Assembly (NCBI RefSeq): GCF_009914755.1
Contig: NC_060932.1
Strand: one strand, 5' to 3'
DNA: 64,000 nt
Source of the DNA: the human T2T-CHM13v2.0 reference genome, Homo sapiens
In this document: piece by piece, positions 62,271-64,000 of the stretch
Layout: every line of letters starts with the position of its first letter
Position numbering within the stretch: position 1 is the stretch's first letter
Made by a program: the position numbers and the translations under genes
The notes under the pieces: generated by a model
What the model was told of the DNA's origin: nothing
The model's input: the letters and a program-made list of their open reading frames with translations, nothing else
Database searches by the model: none

Positions 62271-63238
62271 AATTAAAATCCCAAGTAGATGATGTAGTGT
62301 TTGCCACAAAAGCAGTCATTGTGATTAATTATTGTTAACATTAGTATTTAATGTTTGTCTCACTCCATGCCCCAGAGAGTTTTAAGCTGACCTCATATCT
62401 CTCGTGTTAAAAGGGGGCAAAAAGTGCTTCTGGAAGGAAGTTCTTTTCTTGGTCCGGGGGCTGTCAGTGACATGTCAAAGAGGTCAGAGATGCCATGAAA
62501 GGAGCCTAAGCTAGTTCAGGAAAGCACCTGGAAGCCCCAGTGGTCCATCTTATGGCTCCTCATGCCTCTGGGCTTAGCCTAGAAGAAGAGCAGTGCTCTA
62601 AAGAATGCATAGGCTCTAACTGGCCCAGAGAAGCTATGTGGGGCATGTCTTCTTTCAGGCTATTACTGTCCTTGTTGAGAATATGTATAATTGCCTATAA
62701 ATAAACACCTTCCAGAACTGCTCTCATACAATAAATCACTTTAACCTCCACTATATCTTGCATCCTTTTGATTTTTTTAATGAAGGACTCCATTTTTAAA
62801 CACTTATTTTATCCAGCTCAAAAATCACAGGGACAAAAATTACTTTCGACCTTGTTTTCCCTAGATTTGTCTGCAAATGATTGAGTCCCAGGATCCTCTA
62901 GGTAATAGATTGCATTTTTCCTACCATATCTTTTATTATCCATCCATGATAACCACGTACTACTTTTACTTTTGTGCTTTTGTTCATATCCTCCTCTCTC
63001 TTTCTCTACCTGAAAAGAAAGATGGGAGAAAATAATAAATCTGCCTAACCAATGGGATTAACATTAGTGTCAGGTCGTTGCTTCTTTCCTTCAAGAACAT
63101 TTTAGCAACAGCGGACCAATGAACTCCTAGAGGGAATTCCTTGCAGCGATATTGGATGAGTCCCAAATATGCTTAGTTATTTGAATATTTCTATTAAAAT
63201 ATCAAAACACCATTCTTCTTGCAGTCTTCATTTCATGA

Positions 63239-63593
<355 letters not shown>

Positions 63594-63679
63594 GTGACAA
63601 GTTTTTTTTACTAGTGATTCCACAAGGGATTTAAAGTGGATTTATTTATTATTTTGTTACTATGCTTACTTAAGACAGA

Positions 63680-63825
63680 GAAGCAGCAAGGTGTAGGGAA
63701 AGAACAACAGATGGGGAGACAGAAAACCTCAGCTTTAGCTCTGACTGTGATTCAATAAACTGTGTGGTCTTGGACACAGAATTTACACTTTCTGTATTTC
63801 CTTTCTCATTTGAGAAGACTTAAAT
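63680..63825 (+). mobile_element. MIR
   Basis: ggtgtagggaaagaac...agacagaaaacctcagctttagctctgac...ctgtgtggtcttggac. Confidence 0.55.
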
Positions 63826-64000
63826 TTTACATCTAATCCTCCATGCGATGCCAACATTACAGGACACTAGGGTTTATCAACTGACTTCTTAGAGGACTGC
63901 TATCAAAAGCTCTGGATTTCTATGAAACATTAAAAACTCGTAACTATGGAGTTCTTCCCTTCACACCATAATAATAATAAAAAAAGCATTTTAAAGAAAA

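Overview
This is primate, most likely human, AT-rich non-coding DNA dominated by transposable elements. No intact protein-coding gene can be supported. All long ORFs in the track are decayed L1 ORF2/ORF1, Tigger1 transposase or Alu-derived. The window holds about 8 L1 copies, 10 Alus, two near-full-length Tigger1 in opposite orientation, several MaLR/ERV solo LTRs, MER DNA elements and many MIR/L2 relics. Subfamily calls are from remembered consensus sequences and need RepeatMasker/Dfam confirmation. The best finding is one composite insertion at 12764-14438, bounded by a 14-bp TSD. It joins a 5'-truncated L1PA, a ~460-bp 3' transduction with its own AATAAA and poly(A), and an inverted, CpG-decayed 5' fragment of tRNA-Arg(ACG) at the L1 5' junction. 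This geometry suggests twin priming in trans on a tRNA. Three further L1s of very different ages carry classical 5' inversions with recognisable TSDs. Two candidate + strand exons (about 2238 and 44712) are noted with low confidence. I see no evidence for a new multi-gene system.
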